A stretch of DNA of 24,075 nucleotides from a virus (Duplodnaviria; Caudoviricetes), in IMG/VR virus record IMGVR_UViG_3300021560_000064, positions 1 through 24,075 of that record; one strand, given 5' to 3'. The position numbers and the translations under genes are program-made. The notes beneath the pieces were generated by a model. That model searched no databases, had not been told where the DNA came from, and was given only the letters and a program-made list of their open reading frames with translations. Position 1 is the first letter of the stretch. The number at the start of each line of letters is the position of its first letter. Below, piece after piece: positions 22,528-24,075 of the stretch.

Positions 22528-24075
22528 ACGCTGCACCTCACCGGCTGATGCCGAGCGGTGGCGCGAAATGATCTCGCACTGCTCGGTCCACGCGCAGCGC
22601 GATCACTTACGCTGGTTTGCGACGCACGACCTATTTTTTCTGCTTCTGATCCTCCTCAACCGGCGGCACTTCATCGCTGACGAGCGGAAGGCTCAGTGGA
22701 CGTTCAAACGTTGTCAGGAGGTCCAGGAGTCGCCGGACAATCACCTCGACCTCTGGCCCCGTGAATCCTATAAGTCCGAGATCATCACCTTTGGCCTTAC
22801 GATCCAGAACATTCTGAATGACCCCGAGGTTACGCTGGGGATCTTCTCGCACACTCGCCCGATGGCCAAAGATTTCTTGGTATTGGTGAAGCGTGAGTTT
22901 CAGTTCAATGACCTGCTCAAGGATCTCTTCGACGATATTCTCTGGCAAGACGCGCGCCTCCAGTGCCGCGAAGCGGGGGTAAGTTGGTCGGAAAATGAAG
23001 GTATTACTGTTAGACGACGGGGTAATCCTAAGGAAGCGACGGTTGAAGCGTGGGGTTTGGTCGAGGGTCTGCCGGTGGGCAAGCGCTTTAAGCGCCTGGT
23101 TTATGACGACGTCGTTGCTCGCGATAATACCTCGCCACTCACGATTCAAAACACCAACGAACAGTTCTACAACTCGCTCCTCTTAACTGCCAACGACCCA
23201 CCCATTTTCCGCTACATCGGGACTTTTCAAGAATTTGGCGACACCACGCAGGAGCTAATCAAGCGGGGGGTCGGCACGCTGCGTCTGCACGGCCCCTTTG
23301 ACGAGCACCACCATCCGGCGTATCTGAGCGACGAAAAGTTTGCTTTCTTTAAGCAGACTTTGTCGCCGAAGGTGTTTGCCTTGCAGTTGCTGCTCGACCC
23401 GTCGCAGGCCAAAGATCCAACCGAGGTGGGCTTTGACAACAACTGGCTCGATTATTACGACGCGGAGGATCTTCCGGTAAACGGCTTCAACCGTTACGTC
23501 CTGGTCGATCCGGCGGGCAACAATCCCGACTCCAACAGCCATTACGCTCAGTGGGTCGTCGCGTTGGGCGCGGACAAACGGGTGCGCGTGCTTGATCTGA
23601 TTTGCGACAAGCTCGACCTCGAAGAGCGCTGGCAGTGTGTCATCGACGCCGTCTGCAAGTACGACCCCTTGAAAGTTGGCTATGAGAAATACGGCTTCCA
23701 AAGTGACATCGAGCACTTCAAGTACCGGATGCGCGAGACCAATCAGCTTTTCAATATCGTCTCCTTGGGCGGAGGAACCTCGAAGGATGGTCGGATCGGT
23801 TGGCTTATCCCCCCATTTCGTGACAAGCGGATCTTGTTTCCAAGAGCGGGTATCAAGCGACGCCTCAAGGATGGGCGCGAGGTTGATATGGTCGCTCATT
23901 TCATCGAGAACGAATACTTGATTTGGCCTTACAACCCGCGGTCGCGCGACATGCTCGACGCGCTCAGCCGGCTCTTCGATCCCATGCTGAACATTGTTTG
24001 GCCGCGGCGGTATGGCGCGGTGTCGAGCGAGCTGAGTGGTCCGTTTGGGGAGACGGGTGCGCGGGGTGGTGGTTC
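22445..24075 (+). CDS. terL: Terminase large subunit (3' truncated by window; start 22445 or 22568)
   Basis: Translated by hand: Walker-A-like 'LDLWPRESYKS', Walker B 'LVYDDVV', nuclease 'YVLVDPAG', 'VGYEKYGFQSD' and 'RDMLDALSR'. The frame stays open to the window end. Confidence 0.88.
   Translation, partial: MSRPPSGFEDLIGALQRSSACADHPSIKRCTSPADAERWREMISHCSVHAQRDHLRWFATHDLFFLLLILLNRRHFIADERKAQWTFKRCQEVQESPDNHLDLWPRESYKSEIITFGLTIQNILNDPEVTLGIFSHTRPMAKDFLVLVKREFQFNDLLKDLFDDILWQDARLQCREAGVSWSENEGITVRRRGNPKEATVEAWGLVEGLPVGKRFKRLVYDDVVARDNTSPLTIQNTNEQFYNSLLLTANDPPIFRYIGTFQEFGDTTQELIKRGVGTLRLHGPFDEHHHPAYLSDEKFAFFKQTLSPKVFALQLLLDPSQAKDPTEVGFDNNWLDYYDAEDLPVNGFNRYVLVDPAGNNPDSNSHYAQWVVALGADKRVRVLDLICDKLDLEERWQCVIDAVCKYDPLKVGYEKYGFQSDIEHFKYRMRETNQLFNIVSLGGGTSKDGRIGWLIPPFRDKRILFPRAGIKRRLKDGREVDMVAHFIENEYLIWPYNPRSRDMLDALSRLFDPMLNIVWPRRYGAVSSELSGPFGETGARGGG

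Noticed and set aside
22631-23899. Minus-strand ORFs 22631-23149 and 23255-23899
   Set aside because: Antisense shadows of terL, which the track missed because it lacks a stop in the window.

Overview
This window is part of a GC-rich phage or prophage genome. In order, it carries a recombination/replication module (RecT-like annealase, YqaJ exonuclease, PD-(D/E)XK nuclease, DnaB, excisionase-like HTH) and then a long leftward accessory region at about 5.2-16.8 kb. After that come a rep/iteron/RHH/SSB cluster, a sigma-region-4 HTH protein and a terminase large subunit running off the right end. The standout is a TIGR-Tas-type RNA-guided locus. A nuclease-less IS110/Nop-domain protein (TasA-like, 7580-8467, minus strand) is followed directly by a 33-unit dual-repeat array of about 36-nt period (6391-7593), then by an acyltransferase and an acyl carrier protein. 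Other notable signals: (1) a tRNA-Ala-shaped RNA whose anticodon loop is replaced by a 17-nt anti-Shine-Dalgarno-like loop; (2) a structured intergenic RNA with an 11-nt complement of that loop; (3) a 12-nt CAACGAGGTGAC motif in 14 copies, nearly all just before start codons; (4) a family of TTGACA-N17-GANNNT promoters, several leaderless; (5) a stand-alone duplicate of the RecT C-terminal domain. All family calls come from motif recognition by eye, with no database search.
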